Positions 46,828 through 55,816 of a stretch of 64,000 nucleotides of DNA are shown one piece after another. Numbering within the stretch: position 1 is the first letter of the stretch; every line of letters begins with the position of its first letter. The notes under the pieces are model-generated. The model worked only from the letters and a program-made list of their open reading frames with translations. It did no database searches and was not told where the DNA came from. The DNA is from a virus, in the IMG/VR virus record IMGVR_UViG_3300047548_000297, positions 2,806 to 66,805 of that record; one strand, written 5' to 3'. Both the position numbers and the translations under genes were made by a program.

Positions 46828-47571
46828 CTATCTTAAATTTGGAGGATACGGTTTTATTGAATTAGAAGTGACAGGTTGTTTTGAACTAGTTGTATAGATA
46901 ACTCTGTTGTCTCCAGTGGCAGGGTCGGTTTCGTTTAGCTGCCCAGTTATTACTAGATTATCTACTATCTGCTGTTCTAGAAGTTCAGGCATAGAAATAA
47001 ATCCAAGAACTTTTGCTGTGGTATTTATTATGTACTCCTGTACCGTACCGGGTTCAGCGTCACGTTTTGGTATAGTTACAGAATCCGTAGGCTCTACTGA
47101 TATACCGAAGTGATGAGTTCCATATTGAATATCAAACTTCAACCACCCTAGAACCCTAGAAAACATCCATCTATTAGCAAAGGTAGAAACTTGACTAAAG
47201 CTGTTAGCTCGTAGTTCAACAGATACATCAAAGTCTACTGGAATGTAGTGTACATTGTAGGTACGTTTTTCATCAGTAACAACTACTGATTGAGATCCAC
47301 GTAGGGCTTGATTCTTTATATTACCTCTAGTACTAGATATAGTATATGCATCCATGCTAAGTATTATATACGGATACGAAACTTGGTTTCTACCGCCCTG
47401 GACTTTGGCTACCTGCTGTATAGCATCAGTGGATGTAGACCAAACAACTGGGCAACCGAACTTCTGCGCGAACTTCTGCTGAACTCCAGAGAACACGAAG
47501 TTTTCCAATGGATCTAGTGTTAGAGTTAGACCTGATCGTTCTGAACTTGAATTTATTGTAGTGACTTGCAT
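46828..47571 (-). CDS. probable tail terminator / neck protein (gp15-like)
   Basis: YP.I.L, IPV.FD.SVE and V.GFI pattern; located between head and sheath genes. Confidence 0.55.
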   Translation of the reverse strand: MQVTTINSSSERSGLTLTLDPLENFVFSGVQQKFAQKFGCPVVWSTSTDAIQQVAKVQGGRNQVSYPYIILSMDAYTISSTRGNIKNQALRGSQSVVVTDEKRTYNVHYIPVDFDVSVELRANSFSQVSTFANRWMFSRVLGWLKFDIQYGTHHFGISVEPTDSVTIPKRDAEPGTVQEYIINTTAKVLGFISMPELLEQQIVDNLVITGQLNETDPATGDNRVIYTTSSKQPVTSNSIKPYPPNLR

Positions 47572-47599
47572 ATACTTATCACGAACCCAGAAATGAGAA

Positions 47600-47633
47600 A
47601 GGCCCGGTGCAGTTATTACACTGTACCGGGCCT
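47600..47633 (-). terminator. terminator of the head operon
   Basis: AGGCCCGGTGCAGT/ACTGTACCGGGCCT; T-rich downstream on the minus strand. Confidence 0.7.
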
Positions 47634-47659
47634 GTTTAGATACCCCGGTATCGGGAGAA

Positions 47660-48217
47660 TTAAATATCTCTCGGGGTAAGCTTTATCTTTTTACCAGTTT
47701 TTACTGACATAGAAGACTTACGTTTAGCCTTTTTCTTCTTTGCAGCAGCCGTTATGTTCATAAGAGCAGCGGCAAACCTAGCTTGGATAACTTCGATGCT
47801 AGCATCTTCGTCGTCCTCGTCGTCAGCTTCTTCTGCAGCTTCCTCTTCCTCAGTTTCAGCCTCTTCAAGAATTTCTTCAGGCTCTTCCTCCTTGGCACTG
47901 TTGAGCATTTCCTGTTCAACGTCGTATCTAGAAACAAAACCATCTATAGGAGAGCCTTCATCTACAGGTTCTTCAACTTCAGTAACTGAAGCAGAGGCAA
48001 CTTTTACTGTAGGTGAAGCGCTGTTATGACATCCTGCATCAAGAGCTTTTGCATCAGATACAGAGTCAGATGCACGAAGAATAATTTTTACTGCTCGAAG
48101 AATATCAGTAGCTTCTGCAGCTTCACCTAAAAACTTAGCTGCGGAGATAGATTTTCCCTGACTAAGTTGTAGTGCAGCAAGTGCGATCTTTTCAATAGTA
48201 CTAGAAGCGTTGTTCAC
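47660..48217 (-). CDS. acidic head-associated hypothetical protein
   Basis: Follows the MCP; E/D-rich centre and basic C-terminus. Confidence 0.65.
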   Translation of the reverse strand: MNNASSTIEKIALAALQLSQGKSISAAKFLGEAAEATDILRAVKIILRASDSVSDAKALDAGCHNSASPTVKVASASVTEVEEPVDEGSPIDGFVSRYDVEQEMLNSAKEEEPEEILEEAETEEEEAAEEADDEDDEDASIEVIQARFAAALMNITAAAKKKKAKRKSSMSVKTGKKIKLTPRDI

Positions 48218-48241
48218 GGTTTAACCTTTCAAAGGTATACA

Positions 48242-48273
48242 TAGGAGGGTTATTTAGCTAAATAACCCTCCTA
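48242..48273. repeat. 32-bp perfect palindrome downstream of the MCP
   Basis: TAGGAGGGTTATTTAG|CTAAATAACCCTCCTA. Confidence 0.9.
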
Positions 48274-48282
48274 ACCTACAGA

Positions 48283-49356
48283 TTAGACGCGAATAGCTGC
48301 AGCAACAGAACGCGAGTTGGCAATAGCCATTGACATTGATTCAGAGATCAGCCAGCCCTTACCGATAATACGTTCGATCGTACCATCGATAGGTTGCGAG
48401 TCAACACCGCCACGATCCGAATAAGCACCATGCTGCGAAGGATCTGCAGTAATGAAGAACTCGCCTTCATTTAGAACCTTGTGCTCAGGGTGACGATAAG
48501 CTTCTGAAACTAGAGTTAGACCGTATAGAACAGCTAGTTGACCAGTCATGACTAGTTCATGGCGAGCAACAGGTTCGATAGCCTGAATGAAGCTCGAATC
48601 ACCAACGATGTCGTTGAATAGATCCGAAGCCATTAGACAATACATCGGCTTTAGACCCCAACGTGCAACTTGCTGGCGAACCGACATTAGTGATAGCGGG
48701 CTTAGAGTACCACTGAATACTTGACGGTCATTGTCAACGCCAACAGTAGCTTGAACGGCGTTATACCACATGCGGTCTTCTGAAACCATTACGGCTTCCA
48801 GACCTTCAACGAACTTTTCTTCTAGGATATCGGTGTTCGACTGATTTAGTTCGTTTTGTGGAACCAGTAGACGAGCAGCGATCTGTAGTTCGGGAGGGGT
48901 TAGCCAACGATCAGTGGTGATCTGGGTTTCAACCTTAGTAGGACCAGTAACAAGCATCGCCGAAACATTCTTACGACGAACAGGGAAACGTGGGATGTCA
49001 CCTTGCTTGAGGTCGATCTTATTTAGGAAACGACGCATGAAACCCTTGCGATTGCTGGTAACATAAATGCTATCAGCCATCTTTTCGCCGACGATACGTA
49101 GAGCCGACGAGTCCTTCATTGCAGCTTGAAGTAGTACGCGATTAGTTGCACGGTCTTCTTCACGCTTAGTAGCTTCAGCCTCTGAAATAACGTCGCCGTT
49201 CGAGGCAGCGGCCATTAGCTTCATCGATTGACTAAGAAGATCCTTCTTGCTAGAAGCGTTGATTTCGCCGTTATTGCCGACAGCGCGCTCAGAAGAACCA
49301 GCGAATCGGAAATCGGTAGCTACAGTTGCCTCACGGCTAGATAGAATGGTAGTCAT
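48283..49356 (-). CDS. major capsid protein (HK97 fold)
   Basis: 357 aa with strongly biased codons; follows the scaffold and decoration genes; R.GF.RRFL....L.QG..PRF and ED...Y patterns; G.L..LYGL. Confidence 0.8.
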   Translation of the reverse strand: MTTILSSREATVATDFRFAGSSERAVGNNGEINASSKKDLLSQSMKLMAAASNGDVISEAEATKREEDRATNRVLLQAAMKDSSALRIVGEKMADSIYVTSNRKGFMRRFLNKIDLKQGDIPRFPVRRKNVSAMLVTGPTKVETQITTDRWLTPPELQIAARLLVPQNELNQSNTDILEEKFVEGLEAVMVSEDRMWYNAVQATVGVDNDRQVFSGTLSPLSLMSVRQQVARWGLKPMYCLMASDLFNDIVGDSSFIQAIEPVARHELVMTGQLAVLYGLTLVSEAYRHPEHKVLNEGEFFITADPSQHGAYSDRGGVDSQPIDGTIERIIGKGWLISESMSMAIANSRSVAAAIRV

Positions 49357-49406
49357 TATTAGAGTTCCTAGATTTGATTAAATACTTTGTGTTGCTAGTC
49401 TATAGT

Positions 49407-50090
49407 TCAGAATGCACTTGAGAACTGTAGACCAAGGAAAGGATAGTCCTTGGAAGGAACACGAGTAACGATAGCGTTGATGGCAACACCAGTACCAGTT
49501 TGGTCAGTAACCTTACCGCCAGCGGCTAGCTTAACGGCAGTAGCTAGATTCCAGTTAACGGCCGAGTTAAACATACTGGTATAAATAACGCCTTCTTGAC
49601 CAATACCAACTTGACCGTAGGTATGACCAGAATAGCCGCCGGGCTGAATGTCACCAACTAGCGCGCGAGCTTCAGTAACGGTCAGGGCATGCGTGTAAAC
49701 TAGAGTTACAGCAAGACCAGCACTACCTACGCCAACGTCAACGCTGTTACCAGTTACTGAAACTACAGCGATAGTGGCCTTGGTAACAGCGTTCTGAACT
49801 GCAACAGTTCCAGTAACCGGAGTCTTCGATGCAACAATAATGCCGTTAGCTGGAACAGCATCAATGTCTTCAACCTTTACTGCGGTAGCAGGAACGGTAG
49901 GAGTAGCGCTAGTTTGAAGATTAGAGAAGCCTAGGAATACTTCACCAGCAGTACCAGCCGAAGGAGCGGTAACTTGAGCACCGTTTTGGATGCTGTGTAC
50001 CATAGCCTGACCAGAATCAGCAACTACTGCACCAGAAGCTAGGGCCTTTTCAGCCGAACGAGTGAAGAAAGAAAGAGGACCGTAGATCAT
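49407..50090 (-). CDS. head decoration/cement protein
   Basis: Directly upstream of the MCP; A/V/T/G-rich; ends VP....PFLGLQF. Confidence 0.65.
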   Translation of the reverse strand: MIYGPLSFFTRSAEKALASGAVVADSGQAMVHSIQNGAQVTAPSAGTAGEVFLGFSNLQTSATPTVPATAVKVEDIDAVPANGIIVASKTPVTGTVAVQNAVTKATIAVVSVTGNSVDVGVGSAGLAVTLVYTHALTVTEARALVGDIQPGGYSGHTYGQVGIGQEGVIYTSMFNSAVNWNLATAVKLAAGGKVTDQTGTGVAINAIVTRVPSKDYPFLGLQFSSAF

Positions 50091-50105
50091 ATTATTTACC
50101 TCGAA

Positions 50106-51731
50106 TTAAAAGAAGTTTAGCGGCTGATTGCCAGAGAGAATAGAATTGGCTTTGTCTAGAACAGAACTGGCAGTTACTGCTTGGTTTTTACCAGTACGTA
50201 GCAGCGATGCAGTCATGGCTAGACGAGCTTCGATTGGTGCGGATTTTACAGTATTTACAGTATTTTCTTCCTCAGTTTCAGCAACTTCGGCAGTAACTAC
50301 TTCTCGTGTCATATCTAGCATATCTGCAGTGTCTTTTCTAGCCTCAGCTGTCATCTTAGAAAGCTTAGCTGATAGTTCAACTAGGTTCTTAGAAAATTGA
50401 ACACCGTACTTGTCAAATAGCGAGGCCGCAATCTTCTTAGGATTACGCACACCTTGCATAGAAAGTTCAGCTTCAAACGCTGCACGCAGAGGATTTTCGT
50501 AACCCTTGAAAGCACCACGGCTTAGACCAACTGCTGCAATAGCGAAGCAATCTTCCATTGAAGCCTTTACTTGCTTCTCCTTTTCCAGGAAGTCCTTGCG
50601 AACTGAGGCAATAGAAGCAGTAATCTCCTGCTTAGTTACTACTGGAACTCGAACTGGTTTAAATCCAAGATCAGCTAGACCAGCACGTAGGCCCTTGGCA
50701 GAAACATGATGCATAGCTGCCTTACTGAAAGTAGGCGTAGCCATAATATCAGCATTAGAACCAGCGTCAGCAGCACGTAGCGAGAATACTGAAACATGGC
50801 CTTTGGAAGCTACCAGACGATTACTAACTAGACTAAACGTAAGATCCTTGGAAGTATCGTCTACGCCAAGAGCGTCTGCTAGAATACTGCCACGATCGTC
50901 CTTTACGCCCTCTAGATCATCATGCTTAGTAATAGGCGCAAGACCCTTTTTACCAGCTTCTAGTTCCATACCAGTATCAGGAGCAGCTACTAGTTCTTCA
51001 GCAACACCGCCATCAGAAACCATTTCGTCAGCTTCGGCTGAAATTGGCTCAGGTAGAGGTTCCGCAGAAACATCATCTTCTTCTGATAGCGTTGCATCTA
51101 GAGGAATTTCGTCTTCTGACATTTCAGCTTGTACTTGAGTATCAACTAGCTCAAGAGGCATTTCGTCAGTAGCAGCCTCCACAGGAGGAGCTTCAACTGC
51201 TGGTAGTTCTTCTTCGGCCGTAGGAAGCATTTGGTCCATTGAGTCTTCCGTAGCGGTAATTTCGGCTTCAGGCATTTCTTCCTGAGCAGTGATTTCAGCC
51301 TCAGGAGTCTCGCCCCCAAATTCATCAGTACTAGCATGAATTTGCAGATGTTCACCACATGAACTGCAGTGAATGCTATTGTTGCACGCAGTAATTACGT
51401 TAGCAGTAATAGCATGAGTGGTTCCACAGTTATGACAGGCAACTCCAGCCAGGAGGGTGGAAGCATTGATCGTAACTGGCTCTTCAGTAGAAGCTACCAA
51501 AGAATGTGATCCACAGTTGATACAAAAAGGACTGCCCTGAGTGGATGCAGTAATGTGAGTATCACATGACGCACACACGTAGGCAGTCATTGCACCAGTA
51601 GTTTCAGCAACGATTTCTTCGGTAGCATTCTCTGAGTCTAGTATTGCAGGATCGGCTGTAGCATAGATAAAAACTCCTTTTGGGGAGGTCTTCTTAATAG
51701 CAGCAGCCGAGAGTTTTACATTTTTCGACAT
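50106..51731 (-). CDS. scaffold / prohead core-like protein with N-terminal Zn ribbons
   Basis: First gene of the head operon; CASC, CINC, CHNC and CSSC; acidic centre; many [IVL]xA motifs. Confidence 0.6.
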   Translation of the reverse strand: MSKNVKLSAAAIKKTSPKGVFIYATADPAILDSENATEEIVAETTGAMTAYVCASCDTHITASTQGSPFCINCGSHSLVASTEEPVTINASTLLAGVACHNCGTTHAITANVITACNNSIHCSSCGEHLQIHASTDEFGGETPEAEITAQEEMPEAEITATEDSMDQMLPTAEEELPAVEAPPVEAATDEMPLELVDTQVQAEMSEDEIPLDATLSEEDDVSAEPLPEPISAEADEMVSDGGVAEELVAAPDTGMELEAGKKGLAPITKHDDLEGVKDDRGSILADALGVDDTSKDLTFSLVSNRLVASKGHVSVFSLRAADAGSNADIMATPTFSKAAMHHVSAKGLRAGLADLGFKPVRVPVVTKQEITASIASVRKDFLEKEKQVKASMEDCFAIAAVGLSRGAFKGYENPLRAAFEAELSMQGVRNPKKIAASLFDKYGVQFSKNLVELSAKLSKMTAEARKDTADMLDMTREVVTAEVAETEEENTVNTVKSAPIEARLAMTASLLRTGKNQAVTASSVLDKANSILSGNQPLNFF

Positions 51732-51794
51732 GTCTTATAAACTCCGGGTTAAAGAAGAGGATGCGGGACGGGCGCATTCCCCGTCTTGCCTAAC

Positions 51795-51863
51795 GAAATT
51801 GTGTAAAACGGAGCACTTACTAGCACTGTTAATGGTATGTAAGCCGGTCAGCAACTGATCGGT
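51795..51863. promoter_or_regulatory. divergent promoter region: CAATTT (-) and ACTGTTAA plus hairpin (+)
   Basis: CACAATTTCG on the minus strand faces the head operon. GCACTGTTAA (51823-51832) is followed by the hairpin GCCGGTCAG-CAA-CTGATCGGT. Confidence 0.55.
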
Positions 51864-51890
51864 AATTAATGGTTTTTTACAGGAAAAACG

Positions 51891-53393
51891 ATGACAAACA
51901 CACTAGATCGCAGTTGGTATGTATTCGCGTACTATGACATGTCTAATACAGCCGTATTTGTTGGAATGGAACAAGAAGTTTCCGGTGAAGATGCTGTAAC
52001 GAAGTTCTCTAGTTGCACCAAACTAGATAGCTCCAAGGGGTACCGCTTTTCTGATACAGAACTATCTCGTGTAGTTGGTGCTAAAGTTCTAGGCTATGGA
52101 ATGAGTCGAGACGAAGCGGATATGGCAGTAAAGGTAGCACGTAATATGCTATCTGATTGCATGCCAAAGAACATTAGCGAAAATCTTCTGAAGGTACGTT
52201 TCGTAAAAGAGATTGGTGTAGAAGTTTCTACGGGTGCTCTAGAAGATAATTCTTCGCTAGCAGACTCAGAACTAACTGAGGATAGCGTAGATGAAGACTC
52301 TGTAGAAGAAACGGTAGCGCCGAAACTGTCTCCAGAACAAGAAGATATTAGGCTTCGACTAGAACATACAAAGAGTTTGTTGCTATATACTATTGCCAAA
52401 AAACAAGGCAATAATAAACTAGCAGAATACTACCTAAATGCAGCCAAGGAACTGAAACAGCATGTACTGGATATCGGTCGAACGCCTGAAGATGCGCTTT
52501 CTGGTCCTACGGTTCTTGAAAAGCGTAGCGTAGAAGAACTTAGTAAGTCTCTAGCTAAAGTTAACGAGTTTCAAAAACAGAATAAATTCGAGAGCAGTCT
52601 AGATACTATTCCTAACGAAAATATAATTGATACTAGTGAGCTTAGTATTGAAGAAGATGATGAATACGAGCCCGCAGTAAAGAAGTCTGCTCCTAAACCG
52701 AAGCCTAGTACTATGCCAAATGAGGTAAAGGGCGTTAAGCTATCGGATGAAGAGTTTAATGAAGTAGTAGAAGACTTTACTCGGCATCTAGCCAAAAAGA
52801 ATCAAGACGAAATCGATCGTCTTAATGGAGTAAAAAAGCCACATCCACTAGATAATATTGAATTTGATGAGGCACCACCCAAGACTAGCAAGAAAGCAGT
52901 GCCTAAGTCTTTTGAAGTTGTTAGCGAAGAATCAGTTCAAGATTCAGATCTAACTGAGCTAGACGAGCAGCTACGCCTTACACATTTCAAAATGATTCTG
53001 CTTCAGGTCAAGGCCCGTAGAATGGGTAGGGACGATCTAGTAGATAAGTATGCGAATAAGTCTGAAGCTTTGCGAAAGCAGATTCTGGCACTAGGCGTAT
53101 CAGAAGTTCAAGATATGGCAGATATTGCAGTAGTTGGACGAATGAAGAATTCTGAACTAAAGGTGGCAATTGAAGAGGTTAAAAAGGCTGAAGAGGAACG
53201 TTCTGCTAAAAGCTCCAAGTCAGAGGAAGAAACCGTACAGGAACAGATTGAAGACTTAAAGATTGCAAATAATATTGACCAAGAAATTATCAATCACCAA
53301 AAACGTACAGGTACTGGAACAGCCAAGGAACGTAACCTACTGCGCAAGAAAATCGCGGAACGTAAAGAACGTATCGAAGCTCTTAGTAATTAA
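51891..53393 (+). CDS. hypothetical protein with an internal duplicated helical domain
   Basis: 500 aa. N-terminal WYVFAYYD....VFVG is reminiscent of GIY-YIG; two related ~50-aa segments. Confidence 0.75.
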   Translation: MTNTLDRSWYVFAYYDMSNTAVFVGMEQEVSGEDAVTKFSSCTKLDSSKGYRFSDTELSRVVGAKVLGYGMSRDEADMAVKVARNMLSDCMPKNISENLLKVRFVKEIGVEVSTGALEDNSSLADSELTEDSVDEDSVEETVAPKLSPEQEDIRLRLEHTKSLLLYTIAKKQGNNKLAEYYLNAAKELKQHVLDIGRTPEDALSGPTVLEKRSVEELSKSLAKVNEFQKQNKFESSLDTIPNENIIDTSELSIEEDDEYEPAVKKSAPKPKPSTMPNEVKGVKLSDEEFNEVVEDFTRHLAKKNQDEIDRLNGVKKPHPLDNIEFDEAPPKTSKKAVPKSFEVVSEESVQDSDLTELDEQLRLTHFKMILLQVKARRMGRDDLVDKYANKSEALRKQILALGVSEVQDMADIAVVGRMKNSELKVAIEEVKKAEEERSAKSSKSEEETVQEQIEDLKIANNIDQEIINHQKRTGTGTAKERNLLRKKIAERKERIEALSN

Positions 53394-53403
53394 TTGAGCT
53401 TGA

Positions 53404-53528
53404 TAAGAGTTTAATGCAGAAAAATCTTTAATACTAATTCAATATACTACTGCTCTAAGCCCATAGGCACACCATGAGCAACGCTAGTTGAGAGTGAAGT
53501 ACTGAGTAAATAAAGTGTAAGACTCTTT
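53404..53528 (+). ncRNA. candidate structured RNA
   Basis: Intergenic, with no ORF; closing stem of 12/13 pairs (including GU) plus inner stems. Confidence 0.25.
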
Positions 53529-53550
53529 TTGATCTTTATTAGTACAACAA

Positions 53551-53585
53551 TAAAACCCCGAAGCTATTAGGCTATCGGGGTTTTA
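53551..53585. terminator. bidirectional terminator
   Basis: TAAAACCCCGA...TCGGGGTTTTA between convergent genes. Confidence 0.8.
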
Positions 53586-53589
53586 GTGT

Positions 53590-54207
53590 TTATTTTTGCT
53601 CTTTTTCTTCGTACAAGTTTGACCATTTAAGGTTATTTAAGTCAGAGTCTTTATGCTTAATTCTACCTTTAGGCCAGGAGCCCGTCTGCAGTAACCATAT
53701 TACGCGGTTTAACCTATAAACTTCTCCATCTATTTTTATTATATGTTGCCCTGAGCTGTGCTTAAAACCACCAGGGCTACCCTTTGGTACCATGGGATTT
53801 ATATCGAGTTTCCAAGATATAGCACCTGTCTCTGGAGAGTAGTTCAGATATTTATACGCTGTTTTAAAGTCTAGCTTTTCTTGCTTAGAGTCGTCTATTA
53901 AACCTTCTGCGTATACTAGGAAACTAGAAGTAAGCCTTTCTATTTTTTTGCTAGAGCTGTCTAATTCCCTTGACGTAGTTGGATTAACTAAGTCGTGTTC
54001 AGTAGGAAATAATTTTACCTTGGTGCTATTAGCTAGAAGTCTTAGGTTAGTGAAAAAGGCTAAGTTTAGCTCAGAGTAGTTTTTTAATACAACGTTTACA
54101 GTTTTGTCCCTGGCTACTGTAGCACACTCTATAGTGGTGTCCTCCATGTTAGGTTTTAGACCAAGCGCTACGCAAACGTCTACTAACGAGTGTAGTTTAG
54201 TATTCAT
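53590..54207 (-). CDS. protein with a C-terminal, likely degenerate HNH endonuclease domain
   Basis: YSPETG...W, IKIDG..Y...RVIW....GSWP...I.H.D....N....NL; ends before the last N/H ligand. Confidence 0.65.
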   Translation of the reverse strand: MNTKLHSLVDVCVALGLKPNMEDTTIECATVARDKTVNVVLKNYSELNLAFFTNLRLLANSTKVKLFPTEHDLVNPTTSRELDSSSKKIERLTSSFLVYAEGLIDDSKQEKLDFKTAYKYLNYSPETGAISWKLDINPMVPKGSPGGFKHSSGQHIIKIDGEVYRLNRVIWLLQTGSWPKGRIKHKDSDLNNLKWSNLYEEKEQK

Positions 54208-54917
54208 GTTAATATAATGTCTAGGATACTGGATTCTGGCTGTAACTCAAATGAGTTAAACGACAACTCATGTGTGGTGCTCGATAATTCTACGGGCTGC
54301 CAATAAGAAGTGGATTCAGCCTCCTGTTTAGACAATGCCTCCTCCTCTGCTATGAATTTGCTATAGGCTTTAGACATTTTTATATCATAGTTATTTAGTC
54401 TGTAGGACGCACCGTTATAGATACGAGCAAAATCTGCCCACCTAAGATCGCGCAGTTCGTCAGATAGACCACGATCTAAGACAAATTCAGTAAAGCACTG
54501 TAGATGTGTATTAGCATCGGAGTACTGAGCCTGAACAAACTCTTCTAAGCTAGCAAATCCGCATATGGCGTAGTTGCTACCCATTATTTGAAATGTGCCC
54601 CAGGACGCTGACATTAATGCAGCGTTTCTGTCTAAACTTATAGCTAGCTGTAGCCTTGCCCATTCTGCGTCACGAGTTTTACCATAAAACTGCCTTGTCC
54701 ATTTAGGGTAGCAAATGCTAGGATGGGAAGCAGCGAATTTACCTTTAGTTAATTTATAAAATATATGACCTTCAAACAGGGTCTTTGGTCGGCCTAGAAG
54801 ATCAAAGCCAGATCCAGAGCTTTCTACTTCTGCAACCGCTCTAATAGCAGCAACGTTACATCCAATTTTACTAGCATCGTCAAGGAAGTCGTCTCTTGTT
54901 AAAACACGAGTATTCAT
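54204..54917 (-). CDS. endolysin, N-acetylmuramidase (DUF3380-type)
   Basis: AVAEVESSG.GF, LFEGH.F, SASWGTFQIMG.N and WADFARIYNG. ATG 54917 follows AAAGG. Confidence 0.92.
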   Translation of the reverse strand: MNTRVLTRDDFLDDASKIGCNVAAIRAVAEVESSGSGFDLLGRPKTLFEGHIFYKLTKGKFAASHPSICYPKWTRQFYGKTRDAEWARLQLAISLDRNAALMSASWGTFQIMGSNYAICGFASLEEFVQAQYSDANTHLQCFTEFVLDRGLSDELRDLRWADFARIYNGASYRLNNYDIKMSKAYSKFIAEEEALSKQEAESTSYWQPVELSSTTHELSFNSFELQPESSILDIILT

Positions 54918-54947
54918 AGTACACCTTTCTAGGTAAAGTACAGTGAA

Positions 54948-54955
54948 TAAAATTG
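54948..54955 (-). promoter_or_regulatory. CAATTT promoter-like motif upstream of the endolysin
   Basis: Minus-strand CGCAATTTTA, 30 nt before the ATG. Confidence 0.5.
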
Positions 54956-55007
54956 CGTACTCTGTCGATGAAACGTTTTTATTAAACCAACTCTCAAGGA
55001 AATAAAC

Positions 55008-55799
55008 ATGTCTGACGTTCTTCAACCAAAAGTTATCGTTGATCTAAGCGCTACAGTAAATGGCACTCAAGTAGTCGTTACTAATACCAAGGGCACTGGT
55101 TTTGTAGTTCCTGCTGCTACGGATACGACGGCAGGTGCTATGACTAGCGCTCAGTCAACAAAACTAACCGGCATTGCTACGGGCGCTACCGCAAACTCTA
55201 CTGATGCTCAACTACGTGATCGTACTACACATACTGGAGCCCAAGCTATCAGTACTGTAACTGGTCTACAGACTGCTCTTGATGCTAAGTCAGATACAAC
55301 TCACGTTCATGGTGTAGTAACCACAACAGTAAATGGTTTTGCTTCGGCAGTAGATAAAGTAAAACTAGATGGTATTGCTTCTGGTGCCACTGCAAACTCT
55401 ACTGATGCTCAGTTGAGGGATCGTACTACTCATACTGGGGCTCAAGCTATCAGTACTGTAACTGGTTTACAGACTGCTCTTGATGCTAAAGCAGCGCTAA
55501 CTCAAACACTAGTTATTGGTTCAGATAACTGGCTAAAGATTTTTGCAAAGGATTATGAACTTCTACTTAGTGGCACTATTACTCGTGATGCTAATAACGT
55601 GGTTACTACGTCTGGCGTAGTATGGCCGGATGGAGTTACTGGAACGTTTACCGCTACTACGATTAATGCTACGTTCAAGTGTGTTGATGCGTATACTATT
55701 ACTTATGTAGGCGGTACTACAAAGACTGTCACTCAACCTGCGGTTACTAGAAATGCTAGCGGATACGTAGTTACATATCCAGTAGCTACAGTAGCCTAA
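55008..55799 (+). CDS. short fibre-like virion protein
   Basis: AT...AG.M and KL.GIA.GATAN fibre motifs; C-terminal domain shared with 42928..43731. Confidence 0.75.
   Translation: MSDVLQPKVIVDLSATVNGTQVVVTNTKGTGFVVPAATDTTAGAMTSAQSTKLTGIATGATANSTDAQLRDRTTHTGAQAISTVTGLQTALDAKSDTTHVHGVVTTTVNGFASAVDKVKLDGIASGATANSTDAQLRDRTTHTGAQAISTVTGLQTALDAKAALTQTLVIGSDNWLKIFAKDYELLLSGTITRDANNVVTTSGVVWPDGVTGTFTATTINATFKCVDAYTITYVGGTTKTVTQPAVTRNASGYVVTYPVATVA
55161..55490 (+). repeat. intragenic direct repeat, 2 x 129 bp (43 aa)
   Basis: 55161-55289 and 55362-55490 both encode KLxGIAxGATANSTDAQLRDRTTHTGAQAISTVTGLQTALDAK. Confidence 0.9.
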
Positions 55800-55816
55800 T
55801 TTAGGAGTTTTATTAT

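Noticed and set aside
53394-53590. tRNA genes in intergenic gaps
   Set aside because: No cloverleaf with a T-loop GTTCRA and acceptor stem was recognised here or in other gaps.
54918-55025. N-terminal extension of the endolysin as a signal or SAR anchor
   Set aside because: It overlaps the divergent gene start and promoter region; ATG 54917 has an SD and begins at the catalytic domain.
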